64,000 nucleotides of DNA from Clostridiales bacterium (GTDB lineage Bacteria; Bacillota; Clostridia; Oscillospirales; Acutalibacteraceae): NCBI GenBank assembly GCA_012839345.1, contig DUNN01000011.1:41906-105905 (forward strand). The letters run 5' to 3'. Made by a program: the position numbers and the translations under genes. Numbering within the stretch: the stretch's first letter is position 1; each line of letters opens with the position of its first letter. Positions 8,858 to 17,826 of this stretch are shown one piece after another. The notes beneath the pieces were generated by a model. That model had not been told where the DNA came from, ran no database searches, and saw only the letters and a list, made by a program, of their open reading frames with translations.

Positions 8858-10180
8858 ATGAGTCAATCTTCTAAAATTTATGCCTGCTTTATTTCTACCA
8901 TTGGACTTATTCTTGGCTCATATTGTACCTACTCGTATGTTCTATCGGTCATGGGAACCTCCGGCACAAAGGGGATAAAGGAAGAATTACTCTCCACTGC
9001 GGTCCTTTTTTTGCTTTATATTGTGTGCCGGTGCTTCCCCATTTATATACGCAGCGATTATGCGGTGGACATGTCGTTTATTTGCAGTCTGGCCATGCTG
9101 TTGTATCGGGGGCCGGCTGCCGCAGCGGCAATGGCGTTTGTCAGCACACCGTTTGTTGCGGTGCAGACCAGCATGGACCCGAAAAAATGGCACCACATCT
9201 TTAATGTTCCGTTTATCAAAACAGCATTTAACGCGGGAAATTATACAATATCGATTTATTTGGCCGGTTCCGTTTATCAAGCCTTGGGCGGAAGCATAGG
9301 AAAGATTCAGCTTCCCAGAATGCTGCTCCCCATGATTGTGGCGGCTTTTATGTTCTTTCTCTCAAACGGTGTAATTCTTTTGCTCTTGTTTTCGATTATG
9401 AACAAGGTTCCCTTTTTCCCACAGCTCATCAAGATTTTAATCGATTTTTTGCCGAATCTGGCGGCCGCTACTCCGTTGGGCTTTTTCATTGCATGGTGCA
9501 TGACGCTGGACGGTGGAGCATACCTGGTGGTTCTTTTTATGCTGCCGCTCATGCTGGCCCGCTACAGCTTTGTTTTGTACCTGGATGTAAAAAATAATTA
9601 TTATAACATGGTCAAAACGCTTTCCGCCGCGCTGGAAGCGAAGGACTGCTACACGGAGGGGCATTCCCACCGTGTGGAAATCTATTCGGAAAAAATCGCC
9701 CGGAAAATGCGGCTGTCGAATCGCTCCATCGAGGATATCCGGGTCGCCGCCCTGCTGCACGATATCGGAAAAATCGGGATTGACGACAGTATTCTGAACA
9801 AACCGGGCTACCTTACCCCGGAGGAGCGCAGTGTGATTATCCTGCATCCTCAGATTGGGGATAATATTCTGAAAAATGTAAAACTGAGCCATTTAACCCG
9901 TGAAATTATCCTGCACCACCACGAGCGTTATGACGGAATGGGGTATCCGGGTCATACCAAGGGAGACGAAATCCCTTTGGAAGCCTATATTGTTTCCGCC
10001 GCAGACGCTTATGATGCGATGACCAGTGACCGCCCTTACTGCAACAGCCGGCCTGTGGAACAGGCCATGCAGATTCTGAATGAGGAAAGCGGCAGGCAGT
10101 TTCATCCCAAGGTGGTAGAGGCGTTTTTACAGGTGCTGCAGGAAGAAAAAATAACGGCGGAGGAGCGAAAAGCGGTATGA
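8858..10180 (+). CDS. Membrane-sensor (MASE9-like, about 7 TM) HD-GYP c-di-GMP phosphodiesterase
   Basis: Hydrophobic N-terminal half; EAKD.YT.GHS.RV, LHDIGK, HHERYDGMGYP, ADAYDAMTSDRPY all intact. Confidence 0.9.
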   Translation: MSQSSKIYACFISTIGLILGSYCTYSYVLSVMGTSGTKGIKEELLSTAVLFLLYIVCRCFPIYIRSDYAVDMSFICSLAMLLYRGPAAAAAMAFVSTPFVAVQTSMDPKKWHHIFNVPFIKTAFNAGNYTISIYLAGSVYQALGGSIGKIQLPRMLLPMIVAAFMFFLSNGVILLLLFSIMNKVPFFPQLIKILIDFLPNLAAATPLGFFIAWCMTLDGGAYLVVLFMLPLMLARYSFVLYLDVKNNYYNMVKTLSAALEAKDCYTEGHSHRVEIYSEKIARKMRLSNRSIEDIRVAALLHDIGKIGIDDSILNKPGYLTPEERSVIILHPQIGDNILKNVKLSHLTREIILHHHERYDGMGYPGHTKGDEIPLEAYIVSAADAYDAMTSDRPYCNSRPVEQAMQILNEESGRQFHPKVVEAFLQVLQEEKITAEERKAV

Positions 10181-10755
10181 TTCTGCTGATATTTGCCCTT
10201 GTGGGAGGAGTGGCTGCGGTCGTAGAAAATCTGCGCCGCGGCACAAAACCGACGTTGGAGGGCCTGGTCTGCATCCGGGCGTTGTGGCTGCCGATCGTCG
10301 GATTCCTGCTTCATGGGCTGATCAGCTGGGCCCCGGCATTCGCGCTAAGGTTTGCGGGACCGCTGATGTCGGCGTACTATTTTTGCATCCTGCTATTTCT
10401 GTTTCTCAACCGGTGGGAGAAAATTCCTATGCTTTTTATGGCGCTGGGCTCTCTCTGCAATTTCAGCGTCATCGCGGCAAATGGGTTCCGCATGCCGATT
10501 TCCCCCCTAGCGCTTACCGTGTATCCGGGCATGACGCCTGAAGCAGTCTATGCGGAAAAGGTAAATTACTTTGTTGCGGTGAACGGGGCGAACCTTTATC
10601 CGCTTGGGGATATTATTCCCGTGCCGCTTGGCCGGCTGGGCGGCTTTGCAAGCGTGGGTGACCTTCTACTGGGGGTTGGGCTGATGTTGTTTTTATGGAA
10701 GGTTTTGGCGCCGCCGCGGCGGGAACAACCAAATTCTGCCGAAGCGGGGCAATAA
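10177..10755 (+). CDS. DUF5317-like integral membrane protein (putative LspA-like aspartic peptidase)
   Basis: GSLCNFSVIAANGFRMPIS...LGDII...FASVGDLL; ATGA overlap with the HD-GYP gene. Confidence 0.75.
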   Translation: MILLIFALVGGVAAVVENLRRGTKPTLEGLVCIRALWLPIVGFLLHGLISWAPAFALRFAGPLMSAYYFCILLFLFLNRWEKIPMLFMALGSLCNFSVIAANGFRMPISPLALTVYPGMTPEAVYAEKVNYFVAVNGANLYPLGDIIPVPLGRLGGFASVGDLLLGVGLMLFLWKVLAPPRREQPNSAEAGQ

Positions 10756-10789
10756 ACGGGCACTGCTGCAAAACGGATTAACAGAAAGA

Positions 10790-10832
10790 GGATACCGCAG
10801 GATGATGCAGATTCATTTTGCGGTACCCTTTT
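10790..10832 (+). terminator. Probable terminator of the HD-GYP/DUF5317 locus
   Basis: TACCGCAGGATGA...TCATTTTGCGGTA followed by CCCTTTT. Confidence 0.6.
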
Positions 10833-10934
10833 CTGTTTCCTCCACATACCGGTTCCCTTTTTGAAACGCATATGATACAATAAATGAATAGTTCCCATTT
10901 ATTACGGATTGATAGGAAGAAAGAAGGAAAGCGA

Positions 10935-11453
10935 ATGGACGCTGCGCAAAGACGGCAGCAGATTTTAGAACTGCTGAAACAAAGTACCACACCGGTAAGC
11001 GCAGGAAAACTGGCTGCTGAGTTCCATGTGAGCCGGCAGATTATTGTAGGGGATATCGCACTGCTCCGTGCGGCAAACGAGGAAATTTCCGCTACCCCAA
11101 GGGGTTATATCATGAACCGCAGTACGCCCACGGAGGGAATGATTCATACCATTGCATGCCGGCACAGCCGCGAGAACCTCGGGGAAGAGCTGTATACCAT
11201 TGTAGACAGCGGCTGCGGGGTGATCGATGTGATTGTGGAGCACCCTGTTTATGGTCAGTTGTCCGGCCAGCTGCAGATTTATTCCCGCTTCGACGTCGAC
11301 AACTTTTTGGACCGGCTGTCGAAAAACCATGCTGCCCCGCTCAGCAACCTGACGGATGGAATCCATCTGCATACGGTGCTGTGCCGTTCTGAACAGGCAT
11401 ACGAAATCATGCTGGATCAGTTGAGAAAAAAGAATATTTTATTTCAAAAATAG
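10935..11453 (+). CDS. niaR: Niacin-responsive repressor NiaR (HTH_11 + 3H domain)
   Basis: VSRQIIVGDIALLRA, ATPRGY, VEHPVYG, GIHLHT. Confidence 0.92.
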   Translation: MDAAQRRQQILELLKQSTTPVSAGKLAAEFHVSRQIIVGDIALLRAANEEISATPRGYIMNRSTPTEGMIHTIACRHSRENLGEELYTIVDSGCGVIDVIVEHPVYGQLSGQLQIYSRFDVDNFLDRLSKNHAAPLSNLTDGIHLHTVLCRSEQAYEIMLDQLRKKNILFQK

Positions 11454-11455
11454 AC

Positions 11456-11520
11456 TTGACATTCCGGACACGTTTCTTTAAAATAGTCATTACAGGTGTA
11501 AAGACACATGTAATGACTAT
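11456..11520 (+). promoter_or_regulatory. SigA promoter with NiaR operator
   Basis: TTGACA-17-TAAAAT (11456-11484); palindrome TACAGGTGTAAAGACACATGTA (11491-11512) within longer inverted repeat ATAGTCATTACA...TGTAATGACTAT. Confidence 0.85.
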
Positions 11521-11545
11521 TTTTATAAGAGGAAGGAACGGAATT

Positions 11546-12139
11546 ATGAAACGTGATTCAAAACTGCAGACCATTACCATTGCCGCCCTGCTGAGCGCGA
11601 TCGGCATTGTTATTCCTATGTTTTGCCCAAAAATCGTTTTGGAACCGGCTTCCTTTACCTTGGCAAGCCATGTTCCGGTCTTTATTGCGGTATTTATTTC
11701 TCCGGTTGTGGCGATTGCCGTATCACTGGTAAGCGCCGTCGGATTTTTATTTGCAGGCTTCCCGTTGGTTGTGGTATTGCGTGCACTGAGTCACCTGGTG
11801 TTTGCGACGATAGGTGCACTGATCCTGAAAAAATCCCCCAATGCCCTGCAAACTATGGGCAAATCCGCCCTGTTTGGCTTCTTCCTGTCCATCATCCACG
11901 CGGCCTGCGAGGTGGTTGTGGTCACGCTGTTCTATTTTGGCAATGGAATGTCAAAGGCTTATTACGCGCAGGGCTATGTCGTTTCGGTGCTGCTTCTGGT
12001 TGGGGTCGGTTCGGTGATTCACAGTATGGTCGATTATTCCATTTCCATGGTGGTTTGGAAGCCGCTGGTGAATGTCATCACGATTCCGGTCAGTGCAAAG
12101 GTTTTGCCGAGCCGCCGCAAGCCGGTTTCCGACCAGTAA
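11546..12139 (+). CDS. niaX: Niacin transporter NiaX (ECF S-component type)
   Basis: PASFTLASHVPVFIA, RALSH, IHSMVD motifs; next to niaR and its operator. Confidence 0.88.
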   Translation: MKRDSKLQTITIAALLSAIGIVIPMFCPKIVLEPASFTLASHVPVFIAVFISPVVAIAVSLVSAVGFLFAGFPLVVVLRALSHLVFATIGALILKKSPNALQTMGKSALFGFFLSIIHAACEVVVVTLFYFGNGMSKAYYAQGYVVSVLLLVGVGSVIHSMVDYSISMVVWKPLVNVITIPVSAKVLPSRRKPVSDQ

Positions 12140-12199
12140 TCACAGCAGATATTAAAAATAATAAAGAACACGATTTGATAAATAAAACATAAAAATATG

Positions 12200-12236
12200 A
12201 AAAGCTGTCTGGCACTTCATTGACAGACAGCTTTTC
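12200..12236 (+). terminator. Rho-independent terminator
   Basis: AAAAGCTGTCTG...CAGACAGCTTTTC. Confidence 0.75.
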
Positions 12237-12400
12237 TATATTACTCTAAAAACATTAATAAAATCGTAAAAATATCCAAAATTTTTATAAAAAAGAAAGT
12301 ACAAAAGGTAAATAATGTGACATAAAATGCAGTTTTGCTAAAAAGTTTTTCGAATGACAGATAATGTTGTGGCAGTATGACGGTGATTTTATCGAGCCAA

Positions 12401-12432
12401 TTGTTACAAGAATCACAAGAAAGTAGTATAAT
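12401..12432 (+). promoter_or_regulatory. Putative Rex operator over the ech promoter
   Basis: TTGTTACAAGAATCACAA resembles Rex consensus TTGT(G/T)AANNNNTT(C/A)ACAA; TATAAT at 12427-12432. Confidence 0.6.
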
Positions 12433-12487
12433 AGACATACCTGTGAATGTGAGCAGATTTTTGTGAAAAAAATGAGGGGGTATCTAA

Positions 12488-14404
12488 TTGCAAGTTGCAG
12501 CATTCCTGATTTGTTTTCCGTTTATTGCAGCAGTTGTTCTTGCACTGATGAAGAAACACGGGAAACCAAGAAAATATGTCGTTTTTGGCAGCAGCGCCCT
12601 GATTGTGGCCGCCATGCTGTACTTTGTCATCGGGCTGTTAAGCTCGGGCAAAGCGGTGGAGTATCTCGAAAACACGCATACCATCGATCTCATAATGTTG
12701 ATTGGTGAAATCTTTCTTATGTGTTTGGTGGTTTTCCTGTCGTTCCGTCATAAAAAATATTATGCGGCCCTTTTGTCTGTGGTGCAGACCGGCCTGATTG
12801 CCTGGCTGGATCTTTCCGGTGCGGACGAAACGGAAAAGTTTCACATTTATGCAGATAAACTCACAGTTGTTATGTGCCTCATTATCGGAATCGTCGGCAC
12901 CATGATTTGTGTGTACGCGGTTGGTTATATGAAGGATTACCACTCACATCACACGGAATTTAAGGACCGTCGTTCCTTTTTCTTTGCTATGCTTTTTGTG
13001 TTCCTGGGCGCCATGTTCGGTCTGGTGCTTTCCAGCAATTTGACCTGGATCTATTTCTTCTGGGAAATTACCAGCGTCTGCTCGTTCCTACTGATTGGCT
13101 ACAATCAGTCCGAACAGGCAATCAACAATTCCTTTAAGGCTTTGTGGATGAACCTGTTGGGCGGCTTGGGCTTTGCACTCGCAATTGCCTACTGCTCGCT
13201 GGTGCTGCATGTGTCGAACCTGGAGGAACTTGTCACAGCCAAACTGGCTGCGGGGGCTGTGTTAATTCCTGTGATTTTGCTTGCTTTTGCAGGGTTGACC
13301 AAAAGCGCGCAGATGCCGTTTTCCGGCTGGCTGCTGGGCGCCATGGTCGCTCCAACGCCGACTTCCGCATTGCTGCATTCCGCAACAATGGTAAAGGCCG
13401 GTGTGTATTTACTGATCCGTCTGGCTCCTGCCATGTGCGGAAACGCTGCCGGGTTCATGGTAACCACGGTGGGTGGATTTACATTCTTTGTTGCTTCTTT
13501 GCTCGCTATTTCGCAGAGCGACGGCAAAAAGGTTTTGGCGTATTCCACGATTTCCAATCTTGGTTTAATTGCCGCGTGCGCCGGAATTGGAATGCACGAA
13601 GCAGTCTGGGCAGCTATGCTGCTCATGATGTTCCATGCGGTGTCTAAGTCCATGCTGTTCCTGTCTGTTGGTGCGGTGGAAAACCGGACTGGCAGCCGCA
13701 ATATTGAAGATATGCACGGACTCATTGTCCGTCTTCCTGGCTTGGCGTTCATCATGATCATCGGTATTGCCGGCATGTTCCTCGCGCCGTTCGGCATGCT
13801 GATTTCCAAATGGGCGGCTTTGAAGGCGTTCATTGATTCCAACAATATTCTGCTGGTTGTTTTCCTGGTATTCGGCAGCGCCTCCACGCTGTTCTACTGG
13901 ACGAAATGGCTGGGCAAGCTGATTGCTGTGCCGCACCAGTCGGGTCACCTGACCAATACCACCAAAGTCAGCCAGTGGTTCGCCCTGATTACCCACGCAG
14001 TCATTATGATTGCGCTGGTCATTACGTTCCCGCTGGTATCGCATAGTTTGGTGGAGCCTTTCCTTGCGGATATGTTCCACAACACCGTGCCGGATATTAT
14101 CAGCACCGGCAACATCAATATCATGTTGATGATGCTGTGCCTGATCGTGATTCTGCCGGTTGCCGCACGAATCCTTACGTTCGGTAAGAAAGACACACGC
14201 GTGTTGTCCTACATGAGCGGTGCAAACGCCGGGGACGACCGTTCCTTTGTGGACTCGTTCGGGAACAAAAAGGATCTGTACCTTGCCAACTGGTATATGG
14301 AGGACTATTTCGGCGAGAATAAGCTGCTGAAGCCTTCACTGATTCTTTCTTCCGCGGCAATCGTTATTGTTATGGTTATTGCGATTGGGGGTGCAATCGG
14401 ATGA
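12488..14404 (+). CDS. echA: Ech hydrogenase subunit A (NuoL-like antiporter subunit)
   Basis: TKSAQMPFSGWLLGAMVAPTPTSALLHSATMVKAGVY; multi-TM; TTG start after GAGGGG. Confidence 0.92.
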   Translation: MQVAAFLICFPFIAAVVLALMKKHGKPRKYVVFGSSALIVAAMLYFVIGLLSSGKAVEYLENTHTIDLIMLIGEIFLMCLVVFLSFRHKKYYAALLSVVQTGLIAWLDLSGADETEKFHIYADKLTVVMCLIIGIVGTMICVYAVGYMKDYHSHHTEFKDRRSFFFAMLFVFLGAMFGLVLSSNLTWIYFFWEITSVCSFLLIGYNQSEQAINNSFKALWMNLLGGLGFALAIAYCSLVLHVSNLEELVTAKLAAGAVLIPVILLAFAGLTKSAQMPFSGWLLGAMVAPTPTSALLHSATMVKAGVYLLIRLAPAMCGNAAGFMVTTVGGFTFFVASLLAISQSDGKKVLAYSTISNLGLIAACAGIGMHEAVWAAMLLMMFHAVSKSMLFLSVGAVENRTGSRNIEDMHGLIVRLPGLAFIMIIGIAGMFLAPFGMLISKWAALKAFIDSNNILLVVFLVFGSASTLFYWTKWLGKLIAVPHQSGHLTNTTKVSQWFALITHAVIMIALVITFPLVSHSLVEPFLADMFHNTVPDIISTGNINIMLMMLCLIVILPVAARILTFGKKDTRVLSYMSGANAGDDRSFVDSFGNKKDLYLANWYMEDYFGENKLLKPSLILSSAAIVIVMVIAIGGAIG

Positions 14405-15276
14405 ACATCTCCGTGGTGTCATTGTTGCTGTACTTAATTCTCGGCCCGTTTGCGGGCGGCCTTTTAGCCGGTATCGACCGCAAAATCACGGCTCGGATGC
14501 AGGGCAGAAAGGGCCCTTCGGTGCTCCAGCCCTTCTACGACCTTTACAAGCTGTTCAACAAACAGTCCGTTGTGGTAAACGATCTTCAAGATTTTCTAGT
14601 TGCCGGCTTTTTGGTGTTCATTATTTTTACCGGCTGCCTGTTCTTCTCCGGCGGCGACCTGCTGCTGGTGTTCTTTGCGCTGACTTTGGCAGGCATCTTC
14701 TTTGTGATGTCGGCCTGCTCGGCAAGTTCTCCGTATGGTTCCATGGCTTCCCAAAGGGAACTGATGCAGATGATGGCTTACGAGCCGATGGTGCTTTTGG
14801 TGGCAATCGGATTCTATATTGTAACCGGTAGCTTTGCCGTCAAGGACATCATCCATTTCAGCAATATTCCGGCGGTTGCCTATATGCCCGGCATTTACCT
14901 TGGATTTTTATGGGTGCTGGTCATTAAGTTCCGCAAGTCCCCGTTTGACCTCAGCACAACGCATCATGCACATCAGGAAATGGTCAAGGGGCTTACCACG
15001 GAGCTTTCCGGCAATATTCTTGCCCTGGTGGAAGTTTCCCACTGGTATGAAAACGTGTTCCTGCTGGGCGTAGTTGGCTTGTTCTTTGCCACTTCCGACT
15101 GGTGGAGCGCGATTGTGGTGATAGTAACCGTGGCAATTTCTTATTTCCTTGAAATTTTGGTTGATAACGTATTTCCCCGCGTCAAATGGGATTTCATGCT
15201 GAAAAGCACATGGATTGTTACCCTGGTCGCCGGGGTGATCAATCTGATGGTCATCAGCTTGATCAAGTTGAGATAA
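14401..15276 (+). CDS. echB: Ech hydrogenase subunit B (NuoH-like)
   Basis: DRKITARMQGRKGP..LQPFYDL.KL, KSPFDL. Confidence 0.92.
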   Translation: MNISVVSLLLYLILGPFAGGLLAGIDRKITARMQGRKGPSVLQPFYDLYKLFNKQSVVVNDLQDFLVAGFLVFIIFTGCLFFSGGDLLLVFFALTLAGIFFVMSACSASSPYGSMASQRELMQMMAYEPMVLLVAIGFYIVTGSFAVKDIIHFSNIPAVAYMPGIYLGFLWVLVIKFRKSPFDLSTTHHAHQEMVKGLTTELSGNILALVEVSHWYENVFLLGVVGLFFATSDWWSAIVVIVTVAISYFLEILVDNVFPRVKWDFMLKSTWIVTLVAGVINLMVISLIKLR

Positions 15277-15291
15277 GGGGGCGGAAAATCC

Positions 15292-15732
15292 ATGTTAAAA
15301 GTATCTAAGTCACCGTGGCTTCTGCACTACGATGGTTCCAGCTGCAACGGCTGCGATATTGAGGTGTTGGCTTGCCTTACGCCTCTTTATGATGTGGAGC
15401 GTTTCGGCATCATCAATACCGGAAACCCGAAACACGCCGATATCTTCCTGATTACGGGCGGCATTAACAAGCAGAACGAATCCGTTGTAAAGCAGATTTA
15501 TTCCCAGATGCCGAATCCAAAAGTTGTGGTGGCAGTCGGCATTTGCGCCTGCAACGGCGGGGTTTTCAAAGATTGTTACAATATTATGGGCGGCGTTGAT
15601 AAAGTTATTCCGGTTGACATTTATGTGCCGGGCTGCGCCGCAAGGCCGGAATCCATTATGGACGGTGTGGTGAAAGCCATCGCCCTGTTGGACGAAAAGC
15701 GTAAATCAGTTGGAAAGGAAGCGGCAGAATGA
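15292..15732 (+). CDS. echC: Ech hydrogenase small subunit C
   Basis: SCNGCDIE, GICACNGG, VPGCAARPE. Confidence 0.93.
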   Translation: MLKVSKSPWLLHYDGSSCNGCDIEVLACLTPLYDVERFGIINTGNPKHADIFLITGGINKQNESVVKQIYSQMPNPKVVVAVGICACNGGVFKDCYNIMGGVDKVIPVDIYVPGCAARPESIMDGVVKAIALLDEKRKSVGKEAAE

Positions 15733-16064
15733 CAGACGGGGAATTGATTACCATTACACTGAGCGACCTGGTGCCGAAAGTACTGCAGATGAAACACGAC
15801 GGTTACCGTCTGGCCCAAATCTGCGCGGTCCGTACCAAAGAAGGATATGAACTGAGCTATTCCTTTGCCAAGGAATATGACATGGTGAACCTTCGCCTTG
15901 CAATCGGGGAAGACGATGAGGTAACCAGCATCAGCGATATTTATGAGCCGGCATTCCTTTACGAAAATGAAATGGTGGACCTGTTCGGCGTGAAAATCAA
16001 GCTGATTTCACTCGATTACCAGGGCAAGCTGTACCGCATTGCTAAGGAAACGCCCTTTAAATAA
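15729..16064 (+). CDS. echD: Ech hydrogenase subunit D (NuoC-like)
   Basis: RLAQIC, SISDIYEPAFLYENEMVDLFG. Confidence 0.9.
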   Translation: MTDGELITITLSDLVPKVLQMKHDGYRLAQICAVRTKEGYELSYSFAKEYDMVNLRLAIGEDDEVTSISDIYEPAFLYENEMVDLFGVKIKLISLDYQGKLYRIAKETPFK

Positions 16065-16078
16065 AGGAGGAATATACC

Positions 16079-17158
16079 ATGTCTACCCGAAGCGTTGTAC
16101 CGTTTGGGCCGCAGCATCCGGTTCTGCCGGAGCCAATCCACCTTGACCTTGTGCTTGAAGACGAAAAGGTGGTCGAGGCGGTTCCTTCCATCGGTTTTAT
16201 TCACCGCGGGCTGGAAAGCCTTGTGGGTAAAAAGGATTTTAACGATTACACTTATATAGCGGAACGTATTTGTGGAATTTGCAGCTTTATGCACGGTATG
16301 AGTTACTGCGAAGCTGTGGAACACATTATGAACATTGAAATTCCGGAACGCGCCAAGTACCTGCGCACCATCTGGTGCGAACTGTCACGTCTGCACAGCC
16401 ACCTGCTGTGGTTGGGCCTTCTGGCCGACGGGTTCGGCTTTGAAAGCCTGTTTATGCAGAGCTGGCGTCTGCGCGAAAATATTCTGGATATGGTCGAAGC
16501 TTCCACCGGCGGTCGTCTGATTTCCTCCGTCAATAAGATTGGCGGTCAGCTTAAGGATGTTCCGAACGACATGATTCGCGGATTTGTGGCCAAGCTGAAG
16601 GATATGGAAAAGGATATCCGCGAGATGACCGATACGTTCCTGAACGATTACACAGTCAATTCCCGTCTGCGCGGCGTTGGCATACTGACCAAGCAGCAGG
16701 CGCTGGATCTTGGCGCAGTGGGCCCGTTCATGCGTGCAAGCGGCATTGCCCTGGACACCCGCAAACGCGGCTACGCAGCGTATTCCAACATTGAACTGGA
16801 ACCCATTACCAGCGATATCGGGGACTGCTATGCCCGCACCTATGTGCGTATTCAGGAAATTTTCCAGTCCATCGACATCATCCGTCAGGCCGCGGAAAAA
16901 ATTCCGGACGGCGAGGTGGCAGTGCCGGTTAAGGGCTTCCCGAGCGGGGAATACTTTATGCGCGTGGAGCAGCCCCGCGGCGAGGCTATTTATTACGTGA
17001 AGGCCAACGGAACCAAGTTCCTCGACCGTTTCCGTGTGCGCACCCCAACCTTCGCCAACCTGCCTGGCATGCTGGAAACATTGAAGGGTTGTCAGCTGGC
17101 TGACGTTCCGATGATGATTCTGACGATTGACCCGTGCATCAGCTGCACCGAAAGGTAA
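16079..17158 (+). CDS. echE: Ech hydrogenase [NiFe] large subunit E
   Basis: GPQHP, ERICGICS and DPCISCTER* nickel-binding motifs. Confidence 0.95.
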   Translation: MSTRSVVPFGPQHPVLPEPIHLDLVLEDEKVVEAVPSIGFIHRGLESLVGKKDFNDYTYIAERICGICSFMHGMSYCEAVEHIMNIEIPERAKYLRTIWCELSRLHSHLLWLGLLADGFGFESLFMQSWRLRENILDMVEASTGGRLISSVNKIGGQLKDVPNDMIRGFVAKLKDMEKDIREMTDTFLNDYTVNSRLRGVGILTKQQALDLGAVGPFMRASGIALDTRKRGYAAYSNIELEPITSDIGDCYARTYVRIQEIFQSIDIIRQAAEKIPDGEVAVPVKGFPSGEYFMRVEQPRGEAIYYVKANGTKFLDRFRVRTPTFANLPGMLETLKGCQLADVPMMILTIDPCISCTER

Positions 17159-17170
17159 GGGGGGTTCGTA

Positions 17171-17626
17171 ATGAATATTTTTTCTTTTGCGAAAACAGAG
17201 CTGAAAAACCTGTTCTCCACGCCTGCAACCCGGGCCTATCCGCTGGAACCGCGGAACTACCCGGAGCGCACGAGAGGGCATGTTGTAATTGATATTAACA
17301 CCTGCGTCCTGTGCGGCATGTGCTCCAGAAAATGCCCTGCAGATGCGATTAAGGTTGACCGCGCGGCGGGCACCTGGTCGATTGAACGCTTTGGCTGCGT
17401 ACAGTGCGGCAACTGCGTGGTAAGCTGCCCGAAAAAGTGCCTGAGCATGGGCCAAGCTTATACGGAACCGGACGCACAGAAGCGTACGGATACCTTTACC
17501 AAACCGGCAGATCAGATGAAGCCCCCGGTGGCACCCGCGGCAAAGCCTGCAGCGGCTGCAGCTGCCAAACCGCAAAAGCCGGCGGAATCGGCTGCCCCTG
17601 CGGCGGAAGAGAAAAAGAATGCCTAA
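17171..17626 (+). CDS. echF: Ech hydrogenase subunit F (2x[4Fe-4S])
   Basis: CVLCGMCSRKCP and CVQCGNCVVSCP; Pro/Ala/Lys tail. Confidence 0.92.
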   Translation: MNIFSFAKTELKNLFSTPATRAYPLEPRNYPERTRGHVVIDINTCVLCGMCSRKCPADAIKVDRAAGTWSIERFGCVQCGNCVVSCPKKCLSMGQAYTEPDAQKRTDTFTKPADQMKPPVAPAAKPAAAAAAKPQKPAESAAPAAEEKKNA

Positions 17627-17826
17627 GGGATCCACTGATTTCAGCTATTTTAAAGCCGAAAAGATTCGTAGCTTTGAATGGGCTGTTTGATGATGGAATC
17701 AGCGGTTTTCTAGGGATTTTTTCCGGTTTCGGTTATCGGTGCGGATTTTCATGGCCGCCCGTGATCGAATCGGGGATTGCCGGAGGCAGTGCCATAAGGC
17801 AATAGAAAGTAAAGTATAGGAATACC

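Noticed and set aside
16385-17635. 416-aa antisense ORF over echE/echF
   Set aside because: Shadow ORF opposite well-conserved genes
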